DNA of 37,326 nucleotides from Octopus bimaculoides (lineage: Eukaryota), in the NCBI RefSeq assembly GCF_001194135.2, contig NC_069003.1:10717016-10754341 (forward strand), written 5' to 3'. Below are positions 1 to 11,395 of the stretch, one piece after another. Position 1 is the first letter of the stretch; each line of letters begins with the position of its first letter. The position numbers and the translations under genes are program-made. The notes under the pieces are model-generated. The model worked only from the letters and a program-made list of their open reading frames with translations, ran no database searches and was not told the origin of the DNA.

Positions 1-224
1 CTCTCTCACCTGAAATTTGCAACTGATGTGGCAAAATTAGTACCAAATTTTGGTATCAGCACCTCAAATCTACCTGACTTTTCAGTCCCTGACCTTTGAG
101 TGATGAAAAGTAAAGATGAGCCCAGTAGAGGGTTTGATGTTGGAAGCTAGGGAGAGGAGACCTGAGCATTATGAGGTATGCAGTGCAGCAGTTCTTGTAT
201 TGTAATTATACAGTCTCAATAAGC

Positions 225-480
225 AAGATAATCAGAAGGACAGAATGGACACCAAGGTGTGGACAAAATCCAAAGGCTGACCAAAGACATGACAGTGAGA
301 TGATCTCACTTGCTACCTGGGGCCTACAGTGGCCACAAGCGACCAGGTGAGATGATCTCACCTGCTACCTGGGGGCCTACAGTGGCCACAAGCGATCAAA
401 AATAGACAGTGGTGGAAGGAGTCCAGGGACGGATCCTTCTTTCAGGAGTGACTAAGCCCTGAGAGTGAACTATTTCAGGA
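225..480 (+). mobile_element. Decayed RTE-clade LINE ORF2 C-terminal fragment
   Basis: Hand translation across frameshifts gives DN..TEWTPR...GPTW(P)QAIKNRQWWKESRDGSFFQE*. This resembles the RTE ORF2 end pattern DNRW..TEW.PR...GP.W...A..R..W....EAF.Q*. It contains a 52-bp internal duplication. Confidence 0.55.
295..395. repeat. Tandem duplication, two copies of about 52 bp
   Basis: GTGAGATGATCTCACTTGCTACCTGGGGCCTACAGTGGCCACAAGCGA (295-342) is repeated at 347-395 with one substitution and one extra G. Confidence 0.9.
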
Positions 481-669
481 GCAATAGTGTGAAATAGAAT
501 TGTATGAGAGAAAGAGAGAAAACATATATACACTTATTGTACTGTTTCCTTGAGCCTTTGACCTCATAAGTCATGTTATCCGGTTTCCATGGCATGCAAG
601 TGGCTGTGATTAAATCGTTCCTCTTGAATAGGACGCCAGCCTGTTGAACGATTCAAGGCCATCGGTCTT

Positions 670-833
670 TGGGGAGAGGACATAAGTTGATAGCATTGAC
701 ACTCGTACTTGACTGCTACTTTGTTTTGTTGACCCGAGAGAGATGAAAGGCAAAGTTGATCTCGGCAGAATTTGAACTCAGAACCTGAAGATCTGGAAGA
801 AATTTTGTCAGATGTGCTAACCATTCTGAAGGC
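670..833 (-). mobile_element. SINE-B, old partial copy
   Basis: GATGAAAGGCAAAGTTGATCTCGGCAGAATTTGAACTCAGAAC matches the reverse complement of the SINE-B core seen at 11161-11395 and 34001-34240. Confidence 0.75.
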
Positions 834-839
834 ATACTG

Positions 840-873
<34 letters not shown>

Positions 874-1147
874 CAAGGTTAGTGCAGTCTCTGAGATCAG
901 AGACTTGTTGAACAGCTGATCTTTGTTTAGAAAGCGAAGAAAAACATGAAGTGTTCAAGTGCCATACACTGTACTGCTGCCATTGCCGTTGTTATTGTTG
1001 TTGTTGTTACTTGTAGCCATTGTTTCTATCCAACAGCTGATTCTTGAAGAGATCAATTAACTGGTGACTCATCTTATATATATTTATATATTTGTGTGTA
1101 TGTATGTCAGTGTGTGCCTCTGTGTGTGTGTGTGTGTGTGTGTGTGT

Positions 1148-1770
1148 CTTTTATCCTTGTTTCAGTCATTTGACTGCGGCCATGCTGGGGTACTGCCTTG
1201 ACTGGTTTTTTAATCAAACAATTCAACCCTAGAACTTGTTTTCTTTTAATTTTTTAGCCTAGTACTTATTCTCATTTCTTTATTGCCCACAAGGGGCTAA
1301 GCATAGAGGGAACAAACAAGGACAGACGAACGGATTGAGTCGATTACATCGACCCCAGTGCGTAACTGGTACTTAATTTATCGACCCTGAAAGGATGAAA
1401 GACAAAGTCGACCTCGGTGGAATTTGAACTCAGAACGTAACGGCAGACGAAATACCGCTAAGTATTTCGCCTGGCGTGCTAACGATTCTGCCAGCTCGCC
1501 GCCTTATTCTATCAGTCTCTTTTGCCAAACCACTAAGTTATGTAGACATAAACACACCAGCACCAGTTGTCAAGCAGAGATGGGGGACAAACACACAGAC
1601 ACACACACATGATGGGCTTCTTTCAGTTTCTATCTACCAAATCCACTCAATGCTTTGGTCAGCCCAAGGCTATAGCAGAAGACACTTGCCCAAGGTGCCA
1701 TACAATGGGACTGAACCCAGGACCATGTGGTTGGGAAGCAAGCCTCCTACCACACAGCCACACCTGCACC
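1148..1770 (-). mobile_element. SINE-A, full length, interrupted by a SINE-B
   Basis: Tail TTGTTTCAGTCATTTGACTGCGGCCATGCTGG at about 1150-1190; body resumes at 1504; head ends ...CCACACAGCCACACCTGCACC at 1770. Confidence 0.9.
1273..1503 (-). mobile_element. SINE-B, young full-length copy nested in SINE-A
   Basis: Head CTGCCAGCTCGCCGCC (reverse complement). Flanking direct repeat (C)TTATTCT at 1265-1272 and 1503-1510 is the target-site duplication. Confidence 0.9.
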
Positions 1771-1899
1771 ATGTGTGTATATGCCTGTGTCTATGGGTAT
1801 ATGTGTCTATATAGGTGTATGTGTGTAAGTGTAAAAATCAAATGTTTAACACACTCACCCACATGTATTTTGTCTTCTTTATGTCAAGAACTCTTGTGT

Positions 1900-2210
1900 C
1901 TTGTTTGCTGTCAAATACCATATTTAAAAGAATGTAATTTGATTAACAGAATACAACTGAAGGTTGTAGATACATTTGTCTTCTTGGTCGGCACACTTAG
2001 TTGTTATTGGTCCTTAGTGGAATATCTTAAGTTCCTGAAGCATTTGGTTCTTGTCTGTTCTCCACGTGACTTCACAAGGTTGACAGAAGTTGGTTTGTGT
2101 CTGAGCCTTATCTTCTACACCCATGTGAGATGTGGATCCTTTACAAGCATTATGATAAAGGCTCTCACGTGTTTTCATCAGAGATGTGTTAAGACCTTTT
2201 CTGATGGTCA
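1900..2210 (+). mobile_element. Decayed RTE-clade LINE ORF2 fragment (region downstream of the RT core)
   Basis: Translations QLKVVDTFVFLVGTLS, CEMWILYKHY and IKALTCFHQRCVK resemble RTE motifs L..VD.F.YLGS.LS, CETWTLY..H and IK.LE.FHQRCLR; frameshifted. Confidence 0.7.
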
Positions 2211-2231
2211 GCTGGTTCTCAGGACTACTTC

Positions 2232-2232
<1 letters not shown>

Positions 2233-2312
<80 letters not shown>
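2233..2312. repeat. (CTGT)n-(CT)n microsatellite
   Basis: Direct reading. Confidence 0.98.
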
Positions 2313-2313
<1 letters not shown>

Positions 2314-3028
2314 ATGTAAATGTTGAACAATGAGACTGAGTGCTCAACACCACATTGGTGGATAACATTTCTTTATTTGTATATTAAGGCTACCATTAGT
2401 TTCATATTAAGAAAATATCTAAATATCTTAACTATTTTTTCAAGCCAAACACATCTAGGAATGGTGTTCATCTCCATTTTGGATGAAAACACCAATATAT
2501 ACATACATATACACAAACACATACACACACAAGTGTGTGTGTGTGCACGTATTTGATAAGTTCAACACAGGTGTTTGGGGTACTTAGCCCCTCCCCCTTA
2601 CAAATACCAATCCAAACCCATCATGGGCTGAGTAAGAAATCATCTTTGCATATCTTAAACCTACCTCGATTGTCTGCTCTACCTTGACTATCCAGCACCA
2701 TCTAGCTTTATCAGTTGGTTGCCATTGTTTGATCGGATCTGGTCTACTTAATTTGCTTTTGTGTTGGGTCTTCACAACCTGTGTTTACCCCCACCCCACC
2801 CCCATATCTCCTCCTGCCCCCTTTCTTCCCTTTCCCTATATATCTGTATGTGTATATATACACACATGCAGACAGATATACATACATACATATATATAAT
2901 TTGTCTGACATATTTTACTCTGACCTATATATATATATATTCATATGTATATAGGCATTTCTCTCACTTTCTTCCATGACCTATATCTCTCAGCTCTTTC
3001 AGTTTGGTTTTGATTCTGAACAAATTTG

Positions 3029-3046
3029 AATTAATAATAATTCAGC

Positions 3047-3077
<31 letters not shown>

Positions 3078-3092
3078 TAATAATAATTAATA
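3029..3092. repeat. (TAA)n microsatellite
   Basis: Direct reading. Confidence 0.95.
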
Positions 3093-3245
3093 ACAAGCAC
3101 CACATAAACATATTAGACTAGTCAATGATGAAGGACTGTGAAGGAATCTCCTGGAAATGTGTAAACAATAAAACATTAACAATTTGTAAAACTAATCTTA
3201 CATAGCAAAATCCCTAATAGGGGAGAAATGCCACTTGGGGTTAGC

Positions 3246-3420
3246 GTTGCCATCACAACAAGAGCAAGGAAGAGTGCAGTGGTGTTAAGTGTTGTGAGCG
3301 ATGTTGGTGGTGGAGGTAGTTGAGTTGTGTGAGCATTTTGTAATTGCACATTTGGCCTGCAGCCAAACAGTGTCTTAGGTTGTGGGGTTTTTTTTCTTTT
3401 TTTTCTCCTTTTTTTTTTTT
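3246..3420 (+). repeat. Unclassified unit of about 170 bp, copy 1
   Basis: Starts GTTGCCATCACAACAAG, contains hairpin TTTGGC-CTGCA-GCCAAA, ends in a T-run; second copy at 4132-4295. Confidence 0.85.
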
Positions 3421-3579
3421 ACCCCTTAAGGAACCCTACAGATCCAGAGCTGCCTTAATCATCAGAAGTCCCTTGACAGGTGCACCGCTCTCCCTCCAAT
3501 CCTCAGCTTTCAAGCACCAAGTTAGAGTAGGCCCACTGTCTTGAACCATCCTTGTCGTATTCAACCACCTTTCAACACA

Positions 3580-3713
3580 TTTACTGGAGGGCAGCACATC
3601 CATCCTTATTTTTCCGACCCCAAAATGACCAAAGGTGAAGTTGACTTTAGCAGAATTTGAACCCAGAACATGCAGAAGGACAAAATGCTGCTAAGCATTT
3701 TGACCAGTGTGGT
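3580..3713 (-). mobile_element. SINE-B partial copy, runs into a gap
   Basis: AAAGGTGAAGTTGACTTTAGCAGAATTTGAACCCAGAAC...GCTAAGCATTTTGACCAG. Confidence 0.75.
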
Positions 3714-4131
3714 NNNNNNNNNNNNNNNNNNNNNNNNNNNNNNNNNNNNNNNNNNNNNNNNNNNNNNNNNNNNNNNNNNNNNNNNNNNNNNNNNNNNNNN
3801 NNNNNNNNNNNNNNNNNNNNNNNNNNNNNNNNNNNNNNNNNNNNNNNNNNNNNNNNNNNNNNNNNNNNNNNNNNNNNNNNNNNNNNNNNNNNNNNNNNNN
3901 NNNNNNNNNNNNNNNNNNNNNNNNNNNNNNNNNNNNNNNNNNNNNNNNNNNNNNNNNNNNNNNNNNNNNNNNNNNNNNNNNNNNNNNNNNNNNNNTCCTT
4001 CCTTCCTGGCTGTAAGGTGAGGTGAAGAACAAAGTTGCTGCTGATGGTGGTGGTGGTGGTGGTGGTGGTTGCTGTTAGTGTTCTGAAGGTGCAGTTGTTT
4101 CAAATGCTGAACCACAATTGTAAAAAAAACT

Positions 4132-4295
4132 GTTGCCATCACAACAAGTGTAAGGAAGTGTGCAGCGGTGTTAAGTGTTCTTGAGTGGTGGGGGGTAGGT
4201 GAGTTGTGCGAGCATGCTGTGATTGCACATTTGGCCTGCAGCCAAACAGCGTCTTAGGTTGTAGGGTTTTTTTCTTTTTTTTTCTCTTTTTTTCT
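4132..4295 (+). repeat. Unclassified unit of about 170 bp, copy 2
   Basis: Colinear with 3246-3420; same hairpin and terminal T-run. Confidence 0.85.
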
Positions 4296-4399
4296 ATTTT
4301 CCTGTTTAGTTTAGCCAGATGGAGGGTGAGAAGGTTGTGAGAGATGGAGATTGCTTGAAGTAATTGCGTACTTAGGCATGTCTGTTAACTGTTAACACA

Positions 4400-4536
4400 A
4401 TTTATATATTTACATGCATGCATATATATGTATATATATATTTACATGCATATGTGTACATATATATATATGTCTATACATGCATATATATATATATGTA
4501 TTTACATGCATATGTGTACACATATATATACGTATG

Positions 4537-4583
<47 letters not shown>

Positions 4584-4634
4584 ATATCAACATGCATAGA
4601 GATATATACACATGCGCACATGCGTGTGTATATT

Positions 4635-4680
<46 letters not shown>

Positions 4681-4770
4681 TGGCTGTTATGAGAAGGGCA
4701 TTGAGTTTAAGGTTTGGTTTGTCTTTGTGTACATGTGGGAATACATGTTTGTATGGTTTTTGTGTGTGTA

Positions 4771-4829
<59 letters not shown>

Positions 4830-5135
4830 NNNNNNNNNNNNNNNNNNNNNNNNNNNNNNNNNNNNNNNNNNNNNNNNNNNNNNNNNNNNNNNNNNNNNNN
4901 NNNNNNNNNNNNNNNNNNNNNNNNNNNNNNNNNNNNNNNNNNNNNNNNNNNNNNNNNNNNNNNNNNNNNNNNNNNNNNNNNNNNNNNNNNNNNNNNNNNN
5001 NNNNNNNNNNNNNNNNNNNNNNNNNNNNNNNNNNNNNNNNNNNNNNNNNNNNNNNNNNNNNNNNNNNNNNNNNNNNNNNNNNNNNNNNNNNNNNNNNNNN
5101 NNNNNNNNNNNNNNNNNNNNNNNNNNNNNNNNNNN

Positions 5136-5170
<35 letters not shown>
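4400..5170. repeat. Compound (TA)n/(TG)n/CATG microsatellite field spanning a gap
   Basis: TTTACATGCATATGTGTACA units at about 60-bp spacing plus long (TA)n runs. Confidence 0.95.
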
Positions 5171-5171
<1 letters not shown>

Positions 5172-5290
5172 AATACATGTTCCTTTTGTATTTGCATACT
5201 TCTGTGTAGTTCTTTGTTTGTGCTTGTTAATCTTCTAACTGTGTTTGTATGCAAGTGTGTGTGTGTGTCTGTGTTTAATTCTTTTCTTGC

Positions 5291-5390
5291 TGTATTTCTG
5301 TTGAGAGCACACTACATTTGTTTCAGTTGATTTTGAAAATAATGAAGATTTTAGAAAATAAACTTTGTCATCATTATTAACTGGTGTTAA
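5291..5390 (-). mobile_element. Fragment of the TTAA-CCC MITE family also found at 18729-19551
   Basis: Its reverse complement aligns with 18850-18867, 18997-19040 and 19511-19535. Confidence 0.55.
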
Positions 5391-5540
5391 GGCGGTGAGC
5401 TGGAAGAATTGCTGGCATGCATTGCGACATCTTGTCTGCCTTTATGATTTGAGTTCAAATTCTGTTGAAGGTATCTTTGTCTCTCATCCTTTCCAGGTTG
5501 ATGAAATAATTACCAGTTAAGCACTGGAATCAATAGACTT
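5391..5540 (+). mobile_element. SINE-B, old copy
   Basis: GGCGGTGAGCTGGAAGAATT...TGAGTTCAAATTCTG...CATCCTTTCCAGG. Confidence 0.8.
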
Positions 5541-5544
5541 TGTG

Positions 5545-5610
5545 GGGGGCACTATGGACATGGCCTGGGCAACTAGGGGGTAGCAATGTGAAAAAGTTTA
5601 GGAACCACTG
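5545..5610. mobile_element. Right end of a hAT (Charlie-like) MITE
   Basis: Ends AAAAAGTTTAGGAACCACTG, similar to the termini at 10810 and 23374. Confidence 0.5.
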
Positions 5611-5769
5611 TTGTAGATAATTCCTAAATAAAAGATTGTAATTCTGCCTCTATCAAAGATGGTCTGGGTCTACACAACAACAACAAACATAAAAGCAAAC
5701 ACACACTTGGAGATACACATGACTAAACGTACAAACTCAGATATGCATGACTAAAGAAGTATTACAATG

Positions 5770-5875
5770 TCTGCTTTGGCAAGTTCTACAGTTGGATGCT
5801 CTTACTAATGTCAACTACTTCACAGAATGTACTGGGTGCTTTTTTTTCGTGGTACCAGCTCTAGTGAGGTTGTGG
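5770..5875 (-). mobile_element. E-family internal fragment
   Basis: TTGGATGCTCTTACTAATGTCAACTACTTCACAGAATGTACTGGGTGC is colinear with 24270-24350. Confidence 0.6.
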
Positions 5876-5881
5876 TGAGCA

Positions 5882-6002
5882 GAGAAAGAGTAGGGGTAGT
5901 GAATCAAGGATGGCTAGCTGGGGGGTAGCTAGGCTCACAAGAGTGTGAAGTGGGTGTAAAGAAACTTCTGTGATCATTCAATCTGCAAGAAGTAACAGCA
6001 TG

Positions 6003-6061
<59 letters not shown>

Positions 6062-6175
6062 GGGGCAGAGAATCAAGGATGGCTTGATGGGTAGCTAGGG
6101 TTCACAAGAATGTGAAAGGGATGTGAAGAAGCCTCTGTGGTCACTCAACCGGCTAGAAATAATAGCAGACTCTTC
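5882..6175. repeat. Two diverged units of about 120 bp flanking (GA)n at 6005-6058
   Basis: TAGGGG(T/C)AG.GAATCAAGGATGGCT...GGGTAGCTAGG.TCACAAGA.TGTGAA occurs at about 5890 and about 6060. Confidence 0.8.
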
Positions 6176-6599
6176 CCCGGGAGACATTGGGTATTGCATA
6201 GTTCTAGAGACTGCTACGTCTGAATGAAAGATTGTAATAATTCCTCTGTCAGGGAGGCCCTGGAACTAAGCAAGAACACCAGTAAACATGAACAACAAAC
6301 ACGTGTTTATAGATATATGCATAACTAATCACACAGACATACCATGCATGACTAAACACACACACACAAACACACACATACATGTATAATAACGGAATAC
6401 ACTTGCACGCAAATATCTGACAGTTGCATATCATCACCTCCACCACCACCATCAGCACCACCATCAGCACCACCACTTTCTCTATTCACTGTAGTGTCCC
6501 ATTTGTCAGATTTAAGTACTTTTACATACAAAAGTACATACATATTTCTCTCTCTCGGCTCTCTGTCTCTATTGACTGGAAACTTAATGTATATATATA

Positions 6600-7842
6600 T
6601 CTATATATATAAAAATGAGAATGTGTGTGTGTCTGTCTGTCTGTCTGTGTGAATCCCTAAAACTCGAGAACTACGCAACCAATTTCATTCAAATTTTACA
6701 CATGCCTTACTTAGGGTTCCAGTTGTGTTTTAGTAAAAAAAAATTTAACTTCTTGCAGAGTTCGAGCCCACGGCAACATAATATCTCCTCCACTATTTAA
6801 GTATTACGTGTCAAAAGTGAAACAAAAACACTCATGTCAAATACTTTCACTTTAAAAATGAAACTATTCTACTAACTGAAACAATCACATTTCGATACTG
6901 TAATGACAGATACTTTCAGAGAGAGANNNNNNNNNNNNNNNNNNNNNNNNNNNNNNNNNNNNNNNNNNNNNNNNNNNNNNNNNNNNNNNNNNNNNNNNNN
7001 NNNNNNNNNNNNNNNNNNNNNNNNNNNNNNNNNNNNNNNNNNNNNNNNNNNNNNNNNNNNNNNNNNNNNNNNNNNNNNNNNNNNNNNNNNNNNNNNNNNN
7101 NNNNNNNNNNNNNNNNNNNNNNNNNNNNNNNNNNNNNNNNNNNNNNNNNNNNNNNNNNNNNNNNNNNNNNNNNNNNNNNNNNNNNNNNNNNNNNNNNNNN
7201 NNNNNNNNNNNNNNNNNNNNNNNNNNNNNNNNNNNNNNNNNNNNNNNNNNNNNNNNNNNNNNNNNNNNNNNNNNNNNNNNNNNNNNNNNNNNNNNNNNNN
7301 NNNNNNNNNNNNNNNNNNNNNNNNNNNNNNNNNNNNNNNNNNNNNNNNNNNNNNNNNNNNNNNNNNNNNNNNNNNNNNNNNNNNNNNNNNNNNNNNNNNN
7401 NNNNNNNNNNNNNNNNNNNNNNNNNNNNNNNNNNNNNNNNNNNNNNNNNNNNNNNNNNNNNNNNNNNNNNNNNNNNNNNNNNNNNNNNNNNNNNNNNNNN
7501 NNNNNNNNNNNNNNNNNNNNNNNNNNNNNNNNNNNNNNNNNNNNNNNNNNNNNNNNNNNNNNNNNNNNNNNNNNNNNNNNNNNNNNNNNNNNNNNNNNNN
7601 NNNNNNNNNNNNNNNNNNNNNNNNNNNNNNNNNNNNNNNNNNNNNNNNNNNNNNNNNNNNNNNNNNNNNNNNNNNNNNNNNNNNNNNNNNNNNNNNNNNN
7701 NNNNNNNNNNNNNNNNNNNNNNNNNNNNNNNNNNNNNNNNNNNNNNNNNNNNNNNNNNNNNNNNNNNNNNNNCGTAGTCTAGACGGCGTTTTTAGATTTC
7801 ATCATTCTCTTTAACCCGGGCAAGGCCGGGTATTTCTGCTAG
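6600..7842 (+). mobile_element. Non-autonomous Helitron (interior partly in a gap)
   Basis: 5' end A|TCTATATATATAAAAATGAGAATG...TGTCTGTCTGT. 3' hairpin ACCCGG-GCAAGG-CCGGGT (7814-7831), 7-nt spacer, then CTAG|T. A|T target with no TSD. Continuity across gap 6927-7771 is inferred. Confidence 0.8.
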
Positions 7843-8139
7843 TATATATATATATATATATGTTATGTAGAGTGTGTGTGTGTGAGAGAGAGAGAGAGAA
7901 TGTGGGTTTCTGTGTCATGGTGCCTTTATAACATTTGGCTGGAAGCAGTCAAATAGCTCCGACATCATCGAATCACTCCTTTGCTTACTTTTATTATTTT
8001 GCATTTGGCTGCTGAGGAGGGGGAGGAGGAGACCCACACCTGTAATATCTTTTCTTTTTGTTTTGTTTTTGGTTTTTCTTCTCCAATGCAGTAGTCTTTC
8101 CCTTCCACCTCTACTTCCATCCATTGGCTCTTTCTTACT

Positions 8140-8554
8140 CTCTTCTCTCTCTCTCTCTTTGACTTTTCTTTTTCACCTCCCACTTTCCCACTTATACCTT
8201 ACAACTCTCACTCACCTCTCTATCTGTCTGTCTCTCTCTTTCTCTCTCTCTCTCAACTTGCCAAATACTCTCTCTGTCTTTCTTTCACAGCTTGTTCTCT
8301 CCCTCTTCCTCTCTCTCTCTCTCTCTCTCTTTGCTGATCTCACTCTCTCTGCTTGCTCCATTCTTTCTCTCTATGCTTGCCGCCCTCTCTCTCTCTATGC
8401 TTGCCCCTCTCTCTCTATGCTTGCCTCTCTCTCTCTCTCTCTCTCTGATTACCTCTCTCTCTCTCTCTCTCTCTCTCTGATTANNNNNNNNNNNNNNNNN
8501 NNNNNNNNNNNNNNNNNNNNNNNNNNNNNNNNNCTCTCTCTCTCTCTCTCTGAT

Positions 8555-8589
<35 letters not shown>

Positions 8590-8655
8590 TTGCCTTGCTC
8601 TCTCTGTTTTCCTTCTTTCTCTTTCTCTCTACTTCCCCCCTCTCTCTCTTTCTGT
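8140..8655. repeat. Long polypyrimidine (CT)n field with TATGCTTGCC and TGATTACC punctuation
   Basis: Direct reading; includes the 50-N gap. Confidence 0.95.
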
Positions 8656-8919
8656 TTGAGCATGTCCAAAATCTCATGTGAAACAACATAAAGGAATCTA
8701 GACTTGCTTTCAAAGACCTCTTCTATTCCAGTACAATTGGCAGAACTACCTACTTCTCATATATACTCTAATACTACAAATACTTCAGTCTGTACACCAT
8801 AATACGATGAATATTGTGGTCTGTACACTACAGCATTCATTCTATACTGTAACACTCATACCTAAATATACACACTCTGCAATACAATATACTGTAAACA
8901 AAACAAGAAAACAAAATAT

Positions 8920-9300
8920 GACGCAAGCATGCCTGTGTGGTTAAGAAGCTTGCTTTGTAACCACATGGTTTTAGGTTCAGTCCCACAGTGCAGCACTTCG
9001 AGAAAGTGTCTTCTATTATTGCTCCACACTGACAAATACCTTGTGTGTGAATTTTGGTAGATGAAAACGATGTGGAAACCTATTGTGTATGTGTTTGTGT
9101 GTGTATTTGTTTTCCCATTGCTTGGCAACCGCTGTTGGTTTGTTCATGCCTGCTTGTAACTTCGCAGTTCGGCAAAAGAGACTGATATAATTAGAATAAG
9201 TACCAGATTTGAAATACAAGAACTGGGAGTTATTTGTTCAATCGAATGTTCCATGGTGGTGGCCCAGCTTGGCTGCTATCCAGTGACTGTAAAAAGTAAA
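8920..9300 (+). mobile_element. SINE-A, old diverged copy
   Basis: GCATGCCTGTGTGGTTAAGAAGCTTGC...GGTTCAGTCCCAC...TTCGGCAAAAGAGACTGAT...AGAATAAGTACC. Confidence 0.85.
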
Positions 9301-9337
9301 TGCTAATGATTATCTCCCTTGTAATATCTGCAACCAT

Positions 9338-9640
9338 GTGAAGGCACATGGCTCAGTGGTTAGTGTGTTGGGCTCACAGTCATGAGGTAGTGAGTTCGAT
9401 TCCTGGCTCAGGCTGTGTTGTATTCTTGAGCAAGACACTTTATTTCATGTTGCTCCAGTTCACTTAGCAGTAGAAATGAGCTGCGGCGTCACTGGTGCCA
9501 AGCTATATTGGCCTTCGCCTTTCCCTTGGATAACATTGGTGGCATGAAGAGGGGAAGCTGGTATGCATGGGCAACTGCTGGTCTTCCATAAACAACCTTG
9601 CCGCACTTGTGCCTTGGAGGGGAACTTTTTAGGTGCAGTC
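9338..9640 (+). mobile_element. SINE-C
   Basis: A-box TGGCTCAGTGG (9349-9359), B-box GAGTTCGATTCC (9392-9403), CORE-like TTCTTGAGCAAGACACTT. Reverse-complement copies at 24945 and 31135. Confidence 0.9.
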
Positions 9641-10543
9641 TTATTTTAATACTTGCAACCACTGAGGAGAGCTCATGTTAATGCCCAGTTGTAGTTGTGC
9701 AGTAAGAAAGTTTCACTTTGTAACCACATGGTTTCAATTCCATTTCACTGCATGATATGTGCAAAATATCTTCTGTTTTACCCTGGAGAGGATGACCCAT
9801 GCCTTGTGAGGCCTTAATTAATCTGTGTGTATATTATCTACCCCAGGGGCTCTCAGTGCTTTTAGGGGGAAAAGTCCACTTTTACTGACCTCTCACCTTA
9901 ATTAACAAGAAATTTAATGTCCCCCTTCACACTTTTNNNNNNNNNNNNNNNNNNNNNNNNNNNNNNNNNNNNNNNNNNNNNNNNNNNNNNNNNNNNNNNN
10001 NNNNNNNNNNNNNNNNNNNNNNNNNNNNNNNNNNNNNNNNNNNNNNNNNNNNNNNNNNNNNNNNNNNNNNNNNNNNNNNNNNNNNNNNNNNNNNNNNNNN
10101 NNNNNNNNNNNNNNNNNNNNNNNNNNNNNNNNNNNNNNNNNNNNNNNNNNNNNNNNNNNNNNNNNNNNNNNNNNNNNNNNNNNNNNNNNNNNNNNNNNNN
10201 NNNNNNNNNNNNNNNNNNNNNNNNNNNNNNNNNNNNNNNNNNNNNNNNNNNNNNNNNNNNNNNNNNNNNNNNNNNNNNNNNNNNNNNNNNNNNNNNNNNN
10301 NNNNNNNNNNNNNNNNNGTGAAACATGTGTCAGTGAAGTCACTAACAAAAGATGTCATTGGCTAATGTTGGTGACTAAGGAAGACCCAGTGGTCGCCATC
10401 CTCCTCATCATCATCATTATTATTCCCCACCTCCTATGTCTCCCCCCCAGTCATTATTATTCATATTGTCCTCAATGTTTTGGACCCTTGGGGGGGCCAA
10501 TAAAAGAAACCATTGTAAAATGCTTTACATTCATCCTTTAGTG

Positions 10544-10810
10544 CTGTGGTTCTCAACCAGAGTCCATATGGCCCTTGGTGTGGGGGATGGGATGTCCGTA
10601 TATGATTTTGTTGTTAAAATTTATCAGCAATAAATTATATTTCTACAATACTCAAAAGCATTGTACCATATTTTTATGCAATTCCTAATAAGATTTAATT
10701 ATAAGAATATAATGGGATTTTATCAAAACTTCAAATAGCTATAGGGGTCCATCTGAGTAAAATAGGAATCAAAGGGGTCCACAGGCTAAAAAAAGGAGTA
10801 AGAAACACTG
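10544..10810. mobile_element. hAT (Charlie-like) MITE
   Basis: Imperfect TIRs CTGTGGTTCTCAACC and GGAGTAAGAAACACTG. 8-bp TSD CTTTAGTG / CTTTAGGG (10536-10543, 10811-10818). Confidence 0.8.
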
Positions 10811-10814
10811 CTTT

Positions 10815-11395
10815 AGGGATTGATAAATTAAGACTTGGGTTGATGTAATTAACTAGCTCTCTCTCTCCCTATGGAAATTTCAAGCCTTGTGCCTACAGTA
10901 GAAAGGATTATTATTAGGGCAATGAGGTGACAGTGTCGTTGCCATGTGGGACAAAATGTTTAGTGGCATTACTTTCAACTTTATAGTCTGAGTTCAAATT
11001 CCACCAAGGTCGACTTCACCTTTCATCCTTTTGGGGTAAAAAAAAAAAAATAAGCACCAGTTGAACAACGGGGTGGTTGTAACGAACTTATCATCTCCTC
11101 AGAAATTACTGGCCTTGTGCCAAAATTTGAAACCATCATCATCATCATCATCATTATTATAAGGCGGCGAGCTGGCAGAATCGTTAGTACGCTGGACAAA
11201 AGACTTAACAGTATTTCACCCGTTGCTACATTCTGAGTTCAAATTCTGCCAAGGTCAACTTTGCCTTGCATCCTTTCAGGATCAATAAAGTACCAGTGAA
11301 ATAATGGGGTCGATGTAATCAACTAGTTCCCTCCCCCAAAATTTGAGGCCTTGTGCCTCTAGCAGAAGGGATTATTATTATTTTATTATACAGCA
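10815..11395 (+). mobile_element. Three head-to-tail SINE-B copies (first one 5'-truncated)
   Basis: Units at about 10815-10917, 10918-11158 and 11161-11395, each ending in (ATT)n or (ATC)n immediately before the next head. Confidence 0.85.

Noticed and set aside
1859-1907. 49-nt minus-strand exon (CAG|...TGG|GTGAGT; KQDTRVLDIKKTKYMW)
   Set aside because: It overlaps or abuts the plus-strand RTE remnant, I recognise no protein, and no partner exon was found.
1567-2319. 250-aa ORF as a host gene
   Set aside because: It runs through a SINE-A head, (TG) repeats, a decayed RTE fragment and (CT)n; it is a composite artefact.
2461-2492. GGTGTTCATCTCC / GGATGAAAACACC hairpin as a miRNA precursor
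   Set aside because: Too short and bulged; expected by chance.
3420-3560. R2/Hero-like C-terminal relic on the minus strand
   Set aside because: It needs several frameshifts and stops to align; the similarity is too weak to call.
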